A stretch of DNA of 64,000 bases from Patescibacteria group bacterium (GTDB taxonomy: Bacteria > Patescibacteriota > Patescibacteriia > Patescibacteriales > WJLG01), in NCBI GenBank assembly GCA_028707065.1, contig JAQTUZ010000002.1, positions 70,513 through 134,512 on the forward strand, in the 5' to 3' direction. This document shows, piece after piece, positions 63,146-64,000 of the stretch. The translations under genes and the position numbers were made by a program. The notes under the pieces were generated by a model, which did not search any database, had not been told where the DNA came from, and saw only the letters and a program-made list of their open reading frames with translations. Within the stretch, counting starts at the first letter, position 1; each line of letters starts with the position of its first letter.

Positions 63146-63257
63146 TTATAAAATCTAGTTATTGACCAGTTGAAAATTGTTTGATAAAATATATCTCTAA
63201 GAAAACATTCAATCCGGCTCCAGCAGGGCAGAGGATTTTGTTTTTTTAAGCAAAAAC

Positions 63258-63551
63258 ATGGAGCGAGAAAATGACGAAAAATCCGGTGGTGTAAAAAATT
63301 TTGCTCTTGGAATGGCGCTTTATAGCAGCGCTTCAATTCTGGGACCGATAATTTTTTTTGGCGTTATCGGTTATTTTTTGGATAAGGCTTATAACGGCAA
63401 ACATTTGATCCTGTTGGTTTCCGTTTTCATCGCTTTTATTATCAGCAATATCTTAATCTTCCGCAAAACTTTCGCGGTCATGGCTGAACTGAAAAAATTC
63501 CACGGCAACGGCAAGAACGGATATGATGACGATAGTGATGACTGGCGGTGA
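63258..63551 (+). CDS. AtpZ/AtpI-like small membrane protein
   Basis: Two TM helices, directly upstream of ATP synthase subunit a. Confidence 0.6.
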   Translation: MERENDEKSGGVKNFALGMALYSSASILGPIIFFGVIGYFLDKAYNGKHLILLVSVFIAFIISNILIFRKTFAVMAELKKFHGNGKNGYDDDSDDWR

Positions 63552-63569
63552 AAATTATTTAAATATTTA

Positions 63570-63659
63570 ATTGTCGCATTGTTACATTGCTGCATTGTTA
63601 CGCAACGAAATTAATGCGTTAATAATTTAGCACTTTAGCAATGTAACAATGTAACAATG
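63570..63659. repeat. word-repeat inverted repeat (ATTGTTA word family)
   Basis: ttgtcgcattgttacattgctgcattgttacgcaacg ... gcactttagcaatgtaacaatgtaacaatg. The right arm includes the atpB start codon. Confidence 0.7.
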
Positions 63660-64000
63660 AAATTAGAGATTTCCATAGCTCCAGAAGCAGTATTTCACAT
63701 CGGTTCCTTTCCCGTAACCAATTCTTTTTTATTGATGATTGGCGTAACTTTATTTTTGATCGTCTGTGTAATCGTTTTGAATAAAAAGATCAGGATGGTG
63801 CCGAAAGGTTTTCAGAATCTGGTCGAGATGCTTTTTGAAGGCGCGCTGGATTTTGTCGATACGATTATGCTGGATAAGGAGAAGTCGCGCAAGGTTTTTC
63901 CCTTCGTTTTTTCCTTGTTTATCTTCATTTTAGTCGCTAATCTGGTTAATTTTATTCCCGGGCAGTCGGCTTTGACTATTAATGAAGGAGGAAAATTCGT
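63657..64000 (+). CDS. atpB: F0F1 ATP synthase subunit a (partial, runs off window)
   Basis: Manual translation MKLEISIAPEAVFHIGSFPVTNSFLLMIGV...LFIFILVANLVNFIPG. It has no stop in the window, so it is absent from the ORF track. Confidence 0.85.
   Translation, partial: MKLEISIAPEAVFHIGSFPVTNSFLLMIGVTLFLIVCVIVLNKKIRMVPKGFQNLVEMLFEGALDFVDTIMLDKEKSRKVFPFVFSLFIFILVANLVNFIPGQSALTINEGGKF

Noticed and set aside
22999-63659. Whether the periodic intergenic word repeats could be CRISPR arrays.
   Set aside because: No constant 25-40-nt repeat alternates with unique spacers. The repeats are 6-8-nt degenerate words arranged as inverted arms. No cas genes are in the window.
1-64000. Alternative genetic code (UGA recoding, as in some candidate phyla).
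   Set aside because: TGA terminates gpmI, pilT and the RT gene at positions consistent with full-length homologues. TAA and TAG are used elsewhere, so the standard bacterial code fits.

Overview
The window looks like a small-genome, CPR/Patescibacteria-like bacterium. This is an inference from gene content: short secreted or lipoprotein ORFs, a truncated pyruvate kinase, a class I aldolase and a compact type IV pilus cluster. The standard genetic code applies, since TGA closes several well-supported genes. Backbone genes are purD, a ZIP transporter, a DEAD-box helicase, pyk, mutM, rpmG, two tandem AI-2E transporters and comFC. A complete type IV pilus block follows (pilM, N-like, O-like, pilB, response regulator, pilT, pilC, pilin, O-antigen-ligase-like, pilD), running into ftsA-ftsZ. 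After that come class I FBA, gpmI, ferredoxin, rplJ-rplL and the start of the atp operon. There are three tRNA genes. Two regions look accessory. (1) Positions 1-6.1 kb carry two DNA methyltransferases (one fused to ParB) and a LexA/CI-like repressor, then a small HTH-like gene, a SMODS nucleotidyltransferase and a 4TM effector. This is a CBASS-like operon. (2) Positions 26.4-33.5 kb start at tRNA-Trp. They carry a four-gene NurA-like / HerA-like / DUF4338(DruA)-like / Mrr-like cassette that I cannot match to any described system, plus a convergent retron-type reverse transcriptase with its own promoter and structured upstream RNA. Both cassettes end with the same 23-nt motif, an AT-rich hairpin and a GC-rich element whose ends resemble tRNA 3' ends. 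Other oddities are a serine-type (long variable arm, G73) tRNA carrying the Trp anticodon CCA, a dense GAATTC cluster, a scarred tRNA-Ser locus, several candidate structured RNAs, and a window-wide family of intergenic hairpins built from short locus-specific word repeats. All functional calls come from motif recognition by eye. No database search was run.
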